From Chiloscyllium plagiosum (taxonomy: Eukaryota), in assembly GCF_004010195.1 (NCBI RefSeq), contig NC_057751.1, forward strand, positions 15,372,089 to 15,417,827: a DNA stretch of 45,739 bases. The letters run 5' to 3'. Position 1 is the first letter of the stretch; each line of letters starts with the position of its first letter. Shown piece after piece: positions 24,711 to 36,511 of this stretch. The notes under the pieces were generated by a model that saw only the letters and a program-made list of their open reading frames with translations, was not told the origin of the DNA and did not search any database. Position numbers and translations under genes: made by a program.

Positions 24711-25367
24711 CTACACACAAAGAAAAGCACTCAGTGGAATGGGTAACACACAACAAAAATTAAAATAATGACTACATGAATGGCTCAGATTGAAAAGGAA
24801 TGCAGAATGTAACAGAGCGAACAGTCCCTTTGGCTCCATATTACCTACAACTGAAACTGATTTGCACCAAGTTCCCGAATAGGAGTTATCTATTCTAAAT
24901 TAACTAATGGCCCTGATGTCCAATTCCAGAATAATTCTTATTCAGACAAAACACTGTCCCTTCTGAAGGGCACAAGCTCTATGGTGCCACAGGTCTACTA
25001 GGTGTGTCTTGTCTAAGCACGGGACTCGATGGTAACTGTAAGCAAGGTATTCTGCCAAAAGTGTGTGAGAGGCAAACCTAACACTGGTCTTCCATTGATG
25101 CCTATACATGCCACTAGCTAACAGCTATGACCTTCTCTCTCACCTCATTGTCACCTTTGTAAAGACCAACTGTTACAGTCGAGACTAGTTAACTTGACAC
25201 AGTCCCAGAATCAATCATAGGCTTCCTGATCTGCACTTGCATCGAGACACACACATTTCGTAAAATAACCTCCAATCTCAATCCCACCCATGTCCGCCAT
25301 GATGTCCAAGCCCTAGATCGAAGGCACTGGAAAACACATGACTGTAGTCGCTCAAGCCGTTGCTTAC

Positions 25368-25492
25368 GTCATCACGGTCCAGCATGCGGAGAATCTGCTT
25401 GGTTTCCTCTTCAGACTCACGCTTTTCCTTCTTTATGTTAATAATTGGGGACGTTCCAAACTCCTTCATATCCATAGAGGAATCCCAACCAG
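25368..25492 (-). CDS. POLR3D: RPC4 coding exon
   Basis: (A)GWDSSMDMKEFGTSPIINIKKEKRESEEETKQILRMLDRDD; CAG| and |GTAAGC. Confidence 0.96.
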
Positions 25493-26596
25493 CTGTGAAG
25501 AAAAAAAAAGAGATACACCAAGAGAAAATCAGATAAATAAGAGAAATATAAAATAGATAGCAGGTCATTAATTGCTAATTCCAAACAAATTGACTGTTTT
25601 ACGTGCTGTAATAATTTAGAATGTGTACTGTTTGTTCCAGGATAGGTTGGTTGGTGTCAGAGATGATGAGCTCCATTTAGCTCTAAATTATTACTGTTGG
25701 CCAAGTTTGCAGGCCATTAATTGTTCTGAGGCTACCCGAAATCACAGTGGGACAAGCAAAACCCCGAGTGGCATTTCCCTGCAATGTTCTATTCCTGCCC
25801 TTTCCACAGCAGTATTGCATAGTCTCACTAACACACGCTTCCTCTCCACAGTGTGAAGGCCAGCACAAAGTTGCAACTTGGAATGGAATATCTGAAAAGA
25901 TGAGTAAAAAGATACAAGTGACAAAGGAAAGCCACCACTGAGCCCCACAGAGCTCCCCCCAACATGTACCTGTGCTGTTATACTTCATTCCTGAGCACAA
26001 ATGACAGGGAGGAGGAGCAGGAACACAGTGGAGGCATCCAAGAATGAAAGCAAATAAAGCCTGTGGCCTGTCAGTGATGCCCAACAGTCTGCAGGAACTT
26101 GAACTTAATGTATTATACCTTGGTCAATTTGAACTCTAATGCTAGGGCTAGTGCAGCCCTGTGTAAAACTTGACTTAAATAGATAAGAGCAAATAACCAG
26201 CCTCTGTACTGGAATGCACTGCACCCACAGGAGTACATTCTGCAGCGCTGAAGCTCAAGGTGCGAAAGATTTATATCCATTAAACGAAGAGTAACCGTTT
26301 CCAGGAGGTGAAGAATCAATAAATAGAGGGCACACATTAAAAGGTGATAGCGAATGAACTGAGAGTCATGAAAAATCTCACAGAAAAAACAATTATGTTT
26401 TTGGACACCCAGCAGAAAGTTTTGACAACAGAATTGGATTAAATATTTAAAATATGACAAATACAAGGACCAATTGACTGCTGTTTAGAAGAGCAAGCAC
26501 CAACCCAGGAGGCCAAATTGCTCCTGCTTCCTATGGTGCACAATTCTATGGATGTAAACTGAAAGCTCAATGAGTGTTCCCTTTCCTGTGTCTCAC

Positions 26597-26751
26597 CTCT
26601 TTTCTTCATCATTTCAGCGGGTCCCTGCTCAAAGATGGAATGAGATTGAATTGTTTCGGGTCTGCCTCTTCCCCTGCCTCGTGTCTCTCTCTGGCGATCC
26701 TTGTCTCGTTCCTTCTTCTCTTTCCTCTGAGAGGCATCGTCCTCCTTTGGT
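26597..26751 (-). CDS. POLR3D: RPC4 coding exon
   Basis: PKEDDASQRKEKKERDKDRQRETRGRGRGRPETIQSHSIFEQGPAEMMKKR; CAG| and |GTGAGA. Confidence 0.96.
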
Positions 26752-27399
26752 CTGCAAGCAAAGCAAATTTGAGCATCAAAACATCAAGTGATGCAAGTGA
26801 GCGCTGCGAGTCAGAAACCCTCAACCAAAAGCACATCTTTCATGTGAAAGGGGACTGATGTCAGTCAGTAGGTCAGCAAGATGTGATTGACCACCTTCAG
26901 CAGCTTATGGATCTGGGTTGAGTGCATACTAGTCTTTCACCTGACACCAGCACATGCAGCAGAGGAGTAATCACAGCAGGAAATCCAGAAACTAGGTAAA
27001 CTAAAAGCATCCAACATGATCTGGCATAATCTCAACCCAACATTAAATTCAGCTTCCTAACACCCATATCCTCACTGGCTGCATTTCTAATACATTATTG
27101 AAAACTACTGAAACCAACATGCTCTGAATCTCAGACTTCATCCACCCACACTATTCTCAAGTCTTGTCCTTGCCAGTATTTATCCCAGTACTAGCCAGCT
27201 CCAAGTGCTCTCTCCACACATGGCTCAGGCAGACATAGCAGAAAGCCTGTCACTACACTGTGCCACAATAATAGTTATTCTAATGCCTGAAATGCAGACA
27301 TTTAACATGTATGCATTCACTTGAGAAAGATTGTGAAGGCTGTGTTAGGCATGGGTTCGAGTTAAATTTTAAACAGTTAATTTGAGTTGAGTTTTGTAA

Positions 27400-29200
27400 T
27401 GATCAAGCATGCAAAGCATTCATATTATATCTGGTTTATCTGTGGTCAACATACATGTTATCTTGTCAGTGAGAATGACCACATGATTCAGGTCAAAAGT
27501 AAGGTCTATGGTATTAATACTGTTTCCATGAATATGACAGGTACATATTTCATACATATATATTCTACTTTGTATGCTACAGTAATGTGGTGAGGTCTAA
27601 TGAGATTTCTTGTAAATATACAATGCCCAGAAAATAAATAGTGATTTATTTTGTTAACTTGTCCCAGGCAGCAGCAGTTATTGTAATTAGATTAGATTAC
27701 ATTACATTACAGTGTGGAAACAGGCCCTTCGGCCCAACAAGTCCACACCAACCCGCCGAAGCGTAACCCACCCATACCCCTACATTTACCCCTTACCTAA
27801 CACTACAGGCAATTTATCATGGCCAATTCACCTGACCTGCACATCTTTGGACTGTGGGAGGAAACCGGAGCACCCGGAAGAAACCCACGCAGACACAGGA
27901 AGAACGTGCAAACTCCACACAGTCAGTTGCCTGAGGGGATTGAACCCGGGTCTCTGGCGCTCTGAGAGGCAGCAGTGCTAACCACCGTGCCGCCCGTGCT
28001 AATGTGAAGTCGCATTAGCAAAGGGTTCTTTTCGATAAAGTTTTGTGATGGGATTTGGAACTCTCCAGAACGTTGAGATCAATTAGACCGTGAAGATATT
28101 ACTCATTAGGATATTATCCTATATATCCTTTAAGCAGGTGCCTCCATCTCAGAGGACATCTGTAAACTTAACAAACAGGAAAAATTGAGGACACCACAAT
28201 TGACTGACATTGCCGGGAACCAGTCACGAGATAGAATAAGGTGATATCGTTAAGATGACCATCACACTTAAGAAACTGATTAGGAATTGGCATGCCGTGT
28301 TAACTTAAACAGATGAATTTTGTGCTGTTAATGCGTTGATAAGTTAATTAGAATTGTGCCACTGATCATGTGCTGTCTTAGCAAAGGTCATGTACAGGTC
28401 GAGTGGCCAGTTAAGGTTAACAATCAGCAATTTTTAGCAGTCCAAAGGACAGCAATAAGAGAAGACAGAAACGCTTCAGTCAAGAGATGTGTCCGGTCAG
28501 CCTGAAGTCATAAGGTGAGTGTTCCAACATGGACTGACTGAACCATTGCCTAAATTAAGCATCTTTACTCTGTCCTTGTTATGATAATTCTGTCAAACGT
28601 GTAAAAATGAACCATACCCAGAGTGGCCTTGAATTTAATCAGAACTGAAGGATCTTTTCGATTGCTTCTTTCTCAATTCTGTCTTTCTGCAATAATTTTA
28701 ACTGAGATTTCAGTCAAAAGTGTGCACTCCACACCTTACAAGAATACAGTTAGGAATGTACAAGATATTCTCAGGTCTTCTTGCACAGGTATAGTCAATA
28801 TCTCATTTTGTACTTTGACAAAGGAGCCTAATCTGCACCATTTTCTGATTTTGAATGTACATTCCCTTCAACTCATTTCAAAACGTGTAAATGGATCTTT
28901 CAGAGAAAATAACACTGACAATGAATGACTGTCAGACTGGGAGACTGTCACAGTTTCTACACAATGTCGGCAACCACTTGTCCCAGCAGGCATGTCAGGC
29001 ATGCCGGGGGTACCAAGCTCCCCCTAGTGGATATTGTTTACCTTATGATCTGAGAAACTTTCAGCCTCTGGTGAAGTGACTCTGCAGACAAATGGAGGCC
29101 ATGTGTACTGACCCACAGCTTTGCACTTGCTCCCCTAGTTCTTGTGGATAACTTACTAATTGAAACATTTTCATTACCACTAAAGTGAATTTTAAAACCA
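27400..29200 (-). other. Endogenous negative-strand RNA virus L-polymerase fragment, middle piece (conserved region IV to PRNTase motifs), degenerate
   Basis: Ordered motifs across frameshifts: YPQELGE (29150), FTRG*KFLR, LKDPF (D at 28897), IRKW (28849), QF*LNSR (N at 28635), LYMTFAKTAHDQW..INALT (~28400-28325), RHLLKGYIG*YPNE (28143-28102), KNPLLMR..AAAW (28030-27664, across a SINE), candidate HR (27510 or 27444). Ends approximate. Confidence 0.75.
27688..27995 (-). mobile_element. Young tRNA-derived SINE
   Basis: tRNA-like head with B box GGTTCAATCC (27946-27937), CR1-like tail ending in (TAATG)(TAATC) repeats; highly similar to the copy at 37349-37652. Confidence 0.9.
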
Positions 29201-29234
29201 TGTCACAAATTGCTTGAAGCAAACATATACTCAC

Positions 29235-29278
29235 TCTTCCTTAACCTTCCTGCTGATGATGTTGGGAGTGAATGTTTT
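29235..29278 (-). CDS. POLR3D: RPC4 44-nt coding exon (5'-most visible coding exon)
   Basis: KTFTPNIISRKVKEE; TTTTGCAG| and |GTGAGT; phase 2 joins the next exon in frame. Confidence 0.95.
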
Positions 29279-29319
29279 CTGCAAAAGAAGACATCATAAT
29301 TAAACATTGCTCACATCAC

Positions 29320-30595
29320 AGTCAATGTTACAGTTTGCGTTCAGAGAATTAAGGAGGACTTCAGCTTTAACATGCTCGAAAAGCTTGTGGAAATAAACTC
29401 ACTCTCTCATATACGTTGACAGTAAGGAACAACAACTGACAAAACTCTTGCATTAAAATTTATCTTGGACCCTATTGTTTTTCAGTCAACACACTAAAGA
29501 AAATTCTATTGCCTAACCTAACTTGCAGTCACAAATTGTCACACTAACTGCGTTGAGTGTGTGGTGCTGGAAAAGCACAGCAGGTCATGCAGCATCCGAG
29601 GAGCAGGAGAATCGACGTTTCAGGCATAAGCCCATCATCAGGAATGAGGTTTGTGAGCTGGGAGGCTGAGATAAATATGGGAGGGAAGCTGAGAATGTAA
29701 TGAAGATGAAGGAGAGGGTGATAGGTTGGAGAGGAGGGTTGAGCGGATAGCTCAGAAAGGTGATGGACAGATTGGGAGGGCAATGCCAATTTGGAGGCTT
29801 GGGACTTGGGTAATGTGGGGGAAGGGGAAAATGAGGCAATTGTCGAAATCCACATTGATCCCCTGTGGTTGCAGCATCCCAAAGCAGAATATGAAGTCTT
29901 CTTCCTCCAGGCATCGGGTGGTAAGGATTTGGCGATGGAGGCAGCCCAGGACCTGCACGTCCTTGACGAAGTGGGAGGGGAGGCGGACATCCATCAAAGC
30001 CATGCAGGTCCTGGGCCTCCTCCATTGCCAAACCCTTATGACTCGACGTCTGGACAAAGAACGCCTCATATTCCACCTTGGGACCCTGCAACCATATGGG
30101 ATCAATGTGGATTTCAACAATTTTCTCATTTCCCCATCCCCAATATTATCCCAGTCCCAAGCCTCCAATTTCACCATTGCCCTCCAGACCTGTCCATCAC
30201 CTTTCCCAGCTATCCTCTCCTGTGCTTTTCCAGCACCACACTCTCAACTCTCATCTCCAGCATCTGCAGTCCTCAACTTTCTTCACACTATTAACTGCAT
30301 CAAACCAAAACTTGTCTTCAACAGATATCTCCAAGCATAATGGATCAAAATCAGAAGTGGAAACTTTGTCAAGTTAGCCCCCTTCTGGACCCACGGTGCT
30401 GCGCCACAGATCGTTCAGCCACCTCTGAAAAGATTAAATTTAAAAATTGGGAATCTGTTTTTCAGAGCACATATGATGGCACAGGTATCCATTATGCCAT
30501 TAAGTGTGTATTTTTGATGAATCATCGATTGCATACAGTACTGATGAAGCATTCAGAACACTATATCCCCTGATGACTCTCTGCAGGTACAACGT
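29320..30595 (+). other. Endogenous viral L-polymerase fragment, RdRp core piece (pre-motif A, motifs A, B, C), interrupted by a Penelope insertion
   Basis: FRELRR/FNMLEKLVEINSLSHIR*Q*GTTTDKTLALKF (29340-29461); TDISKHNGS (30321-30347); HMMAQ/GIHYAI (30470-30501); ISPDDSL (30563-30583), with DD 30 codons after the motif-B Q in the same frame. Confidence 0.65.
29554..30291. mobile_element. 5'-truncated Penelope-like element, two inverted copies of the GIY-YIG C-terminus/3' end
   Basis: VLGLLHCQ..RRLDKERLIFHLGTLQPYGINVDF on + and VQVLGCLHRQ..LEEEDFIFCFGMLQPQGINVDF on -; hammerhead-like core at 29641-29614 (-); flanking repeat TAACTGC(G/A)T at 29545 and 30292. Confidence 0.85.
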
Positions 30596-30689
30596 TGCTC
30601 ATCCCACTCCTTGTTCTAACCCCTTAGTCCTGCCAAGTTTCTCTCCTCAGGGACTTATCCAATTCCCTTTTGAAACATTCATACCACAC

Positions 30690-31432
30690 AGTTGCCAGGC
30701 AATGACCAGCTGCGTCAAAACAGAATCTAACCATAGTCTCCCCCTAACATTCAAAGATATCACCATTACTGAACCTCCCACTATCGACTTCTTCAAGGTT
30801 CCCATTGACCTGAAGTGGAACTGGACCAGGCTTATCAATACTGTGGTTGCAAGTGCAGGTCACAGAGGCTGGGAACCCTGCAGTAACGAACTCACCTCCT
30901 GACTCCCCAAAGACCATCCATTACATACAAGGTGAGAGTCATGGGTATGACGTAATACTTCACATTGGCCTGGATGAGTGGAGCTCCTACAACACTTATG
31001 AAGCTCGAGGACAAAGCAGCCTTTGCACCACACTGGAACCACGTCCACGAACATCCACTCCTTCCACCACCCACACTCAGTAGCATTGTCCACCATACAC
31101 AAGATGCACTACAGAAATTCACCAAGGCTCCTTAGACAGCACCTTCAACATGATAGTGGTTATGGGTTTAGAAGGACAAGGGCAGTAGATACACGGGAAC
31201 ACCACCCCCTGCAAGCTCCCCTTGAAGCCACCTCACCATCCTGACTCGAAACATATCTCTGTTCTTTCAGTATTGCATGGTTAAAAGCCTGGAACTCCCT
31301 CCCCAATGCCACTGTGGGTCTACCTACAGCAACTTGACTGCAGCGGTTCAAGTTGGCAATCTACCACCACCTTCTCAAGTGTCATGAATGCTGGTCCAGC
31401 CAGCGATGTCCACATTACAGGAGTGAACTTTT
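30690..31432 (+). mobile_element. CR1-clade LINE 3' fragment (same family as 43820-45415)
   Basis: Extensive similarity to 44690-45415, e.g. CACCATTACTGAA, AAATCCTGGAA.TCCCTCCC, CACCACCTTCTCAAG. Confidence 0.8.
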
Positions 31433-31439
31433 AAATAAA

Positions 31440-32230
31440 TTTTTTTTTTTGAAATCCTTTGATTTTGCTTCCACCACCCTCAGGTAGCACATTCCAAATC
31501 CTACCCATTCGCTGAACAAAACAGGTTCTACTTTATGTCTCCATGGCTTCTTTTACCAATCACTTTAAATTCACATTCACTGGTTGTTGACCCTTCCCCC
31601 AAAGTTCTCCTCATCGAAACTGTGCAGATGCCTCATGATTTTGAGCACGTAATCAAATCTCCTTTCGACGTTCTTGTCTCTTAAGGACAATAGTTTCTTC
31701 AATCTATCCACGCAACTGAAACCTCTGATCCCTGTAACTACTCATAAATGTATTCTGCATCTTCCTTAAAGCCTTAATTCTACACTGCAGTGCCCAGGAC
31801 TGGACACACTTCCCCAGGTGAGGCCAAACCAGTAATTCATAATTTCCTCCCTGTTCCTTTCATCTATGCCTCGATTTACAAAGCTGATGCCCTTTTAACC
31901 ATTTTATCAATTTGTCATGCTAACTTCAATGGTTTTAGTATGTATAAAATGCTTAGGCTTTTGGACAATGAAAGGTGATCTCACTGAAACCTGTAAAATA
32001 CTTAAAGGGATGGATGGGGTAGATGCAGCTAAGACGTTCCCCTGATCAGGAAGTCAAGAACTAAAGTGCAGAATTTTTAAAAAAAGGAGGATGCCATTTC
32101 GGAGGGAGATATGTAGAATTTCTTTTCATTCAGAGGGCTGTGAATCATTGGAATTTTCTATTCACAGGGCCTATGGAACTGGAGTCTTTAAAAGTGTGAC
32201 ACAGAGTTTGATAGATTCCTGGTAACCAGT
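31440..32230. mobile_element. Two degenerate CR1 3' fragments in opposite orientation (- ~31440-31930; + ~31950-32230)
   Basis: CR1 ORF2 C-terminal nucleotide motifs on each strand. Confidence 0.55.
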
Positions 32231-32231
32231 G

Positions 32232-33290
32232 GCGAGGTACAAGGCTGTATTGCAAAATGCTTATTTAAAAAGAGAGCGAGCCGTTAACTAGTAACCTGAT
32301 AACCTTGTGTCCAGGTGAGTTGAGGGCTTCCCTGTGCCATACACACTGATATGATTTAGCCAGGTTGCATCCGTTAGAGCGCCATTAGCCATGTCAAATT
32401 GTAAATGATCATCCAGTTGGAGCATGGAGGAGCACCATGATGCGTGTCAACTCCTTGCGGCTTATTTCTGTATAAATTTCACAAGGCACACTGTTACTGG
32501 CAGAGAAATAATTGTCATCGATTCCCCTGCCAGGTGGGATTGAAGTGTACCATTCCTTCAGAGAAATAGAAATAGAAATGCGATAGGCCAATGCAGTGTC
32601 GGTATCGTCGGAAATCAACCTTCAGATGGTTCCCATTGAAATAAAGTACAAGTCATGGATCAGTGTGAGGTGTACAAGATAATGAGAGGCATAGATAGAG
32701 TTGATAGCCAGAAACTTTTTCCCAGGGCAGAAATTGTTAACATGAGGGGTCATAGTTTTAAGCTGTTCGGCAGAAAGTATAGAGAGGATGTCAGAGGCGG
32801 GTTCTTTACGCAGAGAGTTATGGGAGCATGGAATGCGTTGCCAGCAGCAGTTGTGGAAGGGAGGTCATTGGGGATATTTAAGAGACTGCTGGACATGCAT
32901 ATGGTCACAGAAATTTGAGGGTTCATACATTAGGTTTACCTTACATGAGGATCAATGGTCAGCACAACATCGTGGGCTGAAGGGCCTGTTCTGTGCTGTA
33001 CTGTTCTGTGTTCTAAGTCCAACTCCAGAATGAAACGAGGGAAAGACCAGCACAGCGAGCTTATCAAACAGCTTCACCCTACACAGTACATTACCAGTTT
33101 GACTCCTCGCATCTTTTCTCATTAGAAAATTGCTGACGATTCCAAGGTGCGATAAATAGCATTCAAAAGACTCCTGGGCCACTTAAACATAGGTTTTGCC
33201 GTCAACAGTCTGCTCACTTCCTTATGCAAAACATGTTTTGACAACATGACGATTGAACTAATTTCTTTTTGCATAGTTGTGTGTTTGAAT
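32232..33290 (+). other. Endogenous viral L-polymerase fragment (end of PRNTase domain into connector), split by a CR1 insertion
   Basis: RYKAVLQNAYL (32235-32267; motif E-like YxxxLQ); HTH*YDLARLHPLE (32338-32379; HxH-x6-LxPxE); one frame continues across the CR1 once a copy of the AAGTC duplication is removed. Confidence 0.6.
32655..33014 (+). mobile_element. 5'-truncated CR1 LINE with 5-bp target-site duplication
   Basis: EVYKIMRGIDRVDSQKLFPR...RGHSFKL...FFTQRV.GAWNALP; GTTCT-type tail; AAGTC at 32650-32654 and 33015-33019. Confidence 0.9.
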
Positions 33291-33578
33291 TTGAAGCCTT
33301 AACGAGTGTGGTCACTGTGGCAACACAAGAAATCGGGCAGCTCATTTGTGCACAGCAAGCTTCCATAATCAGCAATGAAATAAACTACCGGGTAATCTGT
33401 TCCACTGGTGAGGGATAGATATTGTCTCAAAAGGTTCCATTCTAGCTATTTTGATTAAGAGCAGGAACGATCTCCAAGGGTAAACTGGGCTTTGATTTAA
33501 CTCAAAAGAAAGTGTGTTTAACAGTGCAGCACTCCCTCATCAGCAACACTGGAAAAGGATAGGCCATTCAGAATATCA
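33291..33578 (-). mobile_element. Deu-core (AmnSINE/SacSINE-like) SINE remnant
   Basis: TTTGTGCACAGCAAGCTTCCAT and ACAGTGCAGCACTCCCTCA motifs; similar to 41897-42327. Confidence 0.5.
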
Positions 33579-33585
33579 ACTAGAA

Positions 33586-33768
33586 GAAAGTGAGGACTGC
33601 AGATGCTGGAGATCGAGAGTGGAGAGTGTGGTGCTGGAAAAGCACAGCACATCAGGTGGAGCAGGAGAATCAACGTTTCATTGCTGATGAAGGGCTTATG
33701 CCAGAAATGTCGATTCTCCTGATCCTCGGATGCTGCCCGACCTGCTGTGCTTTTGCAGCACCACACTC
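33586..33768. mobile_element. Short palindromic Penelope-like remnant
   Basis: Same structure as 767-954; CTGATGA-AGGGCTTATGCCA-GAAA core at 33684-33707. Confidence 0.75.
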
Positions 33769-34251
33769 GTAACTCATTCAGCATATCAAGCCTGCTCATC
33801 CATTCAATTGGATCATAGCTGATCTTCTCCCTCAATGCTGCTTTCCCAATATCCCTGATGCCATTAATATCCACATTCTTCCACATCTCAGTCTTAAGTG
33901 GCCTAAACCCCATCCCCTTATTTTGAGACTGTAAGCTTTGGTCCTAAAACTTGTAAGCCAGGACGGATATTACTTTTACATTCACCTTGTCACACCTTGT
34001 TAAGAATTCTCCAAGTTTCAGTGGAGAAACTTCATTTTTCAAAACTCAAGAACATGCTGCATCTCCTCTACACTCACCCTATGGCAAGTATATTCTGTAC
34101 GTATACAGAATACTGTACACAAAATGCCAGCTGTGATCTCACCAAGATTCTAGACAACAACAGCAAGTAATCTATATCCCTGTATTCAAACACCGTGGAA
34201 ATTAAGGCCAACATATCATTTGTCTTCCTCATGACGAGCTGCACCCATGTA

Positions 34252-35083
34252 CAGAGGAACCTCGATTATCCAAATGTCAATTATCCAAATTTCGGATTAT
34301 CCAAAGGAGATCTCAAGGTCCCGATAGAAACATTACATCAAAGAGGTGTTTCCAACACTGATGGCGTCTTTTGTTTACAATGACTCAAAACGAACTCAGC
34401 TTACTGAAATGCTGCCAAGAACAGTCCTGGACATTAATGGGAGCCCAGGCACCGTCTCCAGATGATTGTCCGCTCATCCCCTCTCTCTCTCCCCCCAGAC
34501 ACTTTACCTGGAGTTCTACACAGGCGTGCATCCTGAATCCCCCTTCCCCAGATAATCTCTCCAACATTGTCCTGTACAGGGCAAAGGTGGAACTGTCAAA
34601 AAGTTGCTGTGAAAAGGTGTGTGCACGTGCGATTTGGAAATTCACCCCCAAAAGACAGCAGCAGTCTTACTGTTGGTGTCCAGTATGGCTGCCCAGTTTC
34701 CGGTGGTGGGGTGGGGTGGAGTGGGGTGGGGTGGGGTAGGGTAGGGTGGGGTGGGGCCGGGGAGAGATGTCGGACGGGAAGGGGGCAGTCCCATACTGCT
34801 GCCTTGTTCCTGAACGGGGAGCACACTTAGCAAGTGCTTGCTGCATCAACCCCATTGAACTGATGGGTGGAAGGGGCAGCAGGCTTCAGCAATACTGCAG
34901 GTCCCTCACACAGAATCAAACCCTGAGACAGAGAGAGGGAGCAATGCAGGCAGAGCGAGGAAAAAGGAAACTTCGGATGACTCCGAGCCCCAGAGGAGAG
35001 GCATTGAATCAATTAACCGAATAATCAATTAACCGAACAAAAGTGTGCCCGCCCATCTCGTTCGGATAGTTGAGGTTCCTCTA
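34252..35083. mobile_element. Non-autonomous Tc1/mariner (Tigger/pogo-like) element inserted into a CR1
   Basis: TIRs CAGAGGAACCTCGATTATCC / GGATAGTTGAGGTTCCTCTA; TA on both sides (34250-34251, 35084-35085); internal (GGGGT)n tract ~34703-34760. Confidence 0.8.
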
Positions 35084-35249
35084 TACGAGCTTTTGATAAC
35101 TGATTAACAAGGGTGTCAAGATCCCTTAAACACCAACGCTCCCCAAACGTTCACCATTTAATACAAGTGTTTTTGTGCTTTTTCTACCAAAGTGGATAAC
35201 TTATTTACACTATATTGCATCGGCCATGCTCCTGTTCAAAGATCAACTC

Positions 35250-35490
35250 TCATTTAATCTCGTCCTTTCTCACTTGCTTTTCCTTCTTGCCTTTCCTTCC
35301 GAAAGGGTGAATGTCCTTGAAAATTCTGTTCCCAGTCTTGGTCACCCTGTAACCACATCTCTGTCATAGCAATGAAACCACATCCATTTATCTCTACTTG
35401 CGCCTTCAAATAATTAATCTTGTAGGAGGTGCTGTGTGCATTCAGATGGAGTGCCCTTACTTTGGTCTTTTTAACCTTGTTCTGCATTAT
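35250..35490 (-). mobile_element. CR1 ORF2 N-terminal APE endonuclease fragment
   Basis: RALHLNAHS...KINYLKAQVEINGCGFIAMTEMWLQGDQDWE. Confidence 0.75.
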
Positions 35491-36188
35491 TCTTTTGATG
35501 CATGTCTCTGCTAATCTGTTTTCTAAACTTTGCTCACTATTTTTCTACTATCTATTATCAGTTTTGATCCTCTTCATTCGAAGCTGTCTCTCGGGATTTG
35601 TATCGCTTGGCAAATCTAAGTTAAACACTCTCCTACATCACCAACAAATCTCTGAGGATTCTACTCCCTACCATATCAAGGTAAAAACCATCCATTTTGC
35701 ACAGGTCTCACCTGCCACAGAAAAAGTCCCTATCCTTCAAAAATATGTCCTTCCTCCAACATCAATCTTCCACCAAAACATTGCATCGCGCAATCCTCCT
35801 GTTCTTCCTGCCCTGAAAATACACAGCCTCGGCACCGGCTCCCCAAGACGGTGCAGCGCAGCCTGGGCACTGGCTCCCCAAGACAACTGCAGCACCCGCA
35901 GAGCACAATGTTCCCTCAATATGAAAGCAGACTGCCATTTTAAATTATGCAAACAATGTCTCTGTGTTCGGATTTGAGCCCGCAACCTGCTGACTCAGAG
36001 GTGAGTGTGTAACCTGCTAAGGCAAGGGCTAACAATTATATTTAAAAAACTGCACTAAGAGTGGTGGAGGGGAAAGCTTGTACAAGTCCGCACAAAGAAG
36101 TTCTTGAGCTGCTGCGGTACTGCCCGACCGACGCTCAGCACTGCAGCCAATCACAGTCCAGCTCTAATGAAACCTGTTCTTGAATCCG

Positions 36189-36500
36189 AGAATCCCTAGT
36201 GTGGAAACAGGGCCAAATGGCCCTGCAAGTCCACACCGACCCTCCAAAGATTGACCCACCCTGACCCATTCCCCTACAACTCTACATTTACCCCGAAATA
36301 ATGCACCCAACTTATACAGACCTGAACACCATGGGCAATCTGGCATGGCCAAGTCACCTGACCTGCACATTTTTGGAATGTGGGAGGAAACCAACGCAGA
36401 CACGAGAACGTGCAAACTCCACACAGAGTCAACCGAGGCCGGAATCAAACCTGGGTCCCTGTGAGGCAGCAGTGCTAACCACTGAGCCACCGTGCTGCCC
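36189..36500 (-). mobile_element. tRNA-derived SINE (older subfamily)
   Basis: Head GGGGCAGCACGGTGGCTCAGTGGTTAGCACTGCTGCCTCACAG, V-type core, CR1-like tail. Confidence 0.85.
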
Positions 36501-36511
36501 CTTTTTTTTTT

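Noticed and set aside
28623..28928. 101-aa plus-strand ORF as a nested gene
   Set aside because: Antisense shadow of the minus-strand viral L fragment
29544..30377. Cluster of long overlapping ORFs
   Set aside because: Explained by inverted Penelope GIY-YIG 3' fragments
30290..30425. Minus-strand acceptor TCTTTTCAG as the missing POLR3D exon
   Set aside because: No RPC4 similarity; the sequence belongs to the viral fragment on +
32409..32618. Minus ORF with DDNYFS resembling a piggyBac transposase motif
   Set aside because: No other transposase motifs, TIRs or TTAA ends; the opposite strand fits the L-protein interpretation better
34703..34760. (GGGGT)n G-quadruplex-capable tract
   Set aside because: Internal low-complexity part of a DNA transposon; no sign of a host function
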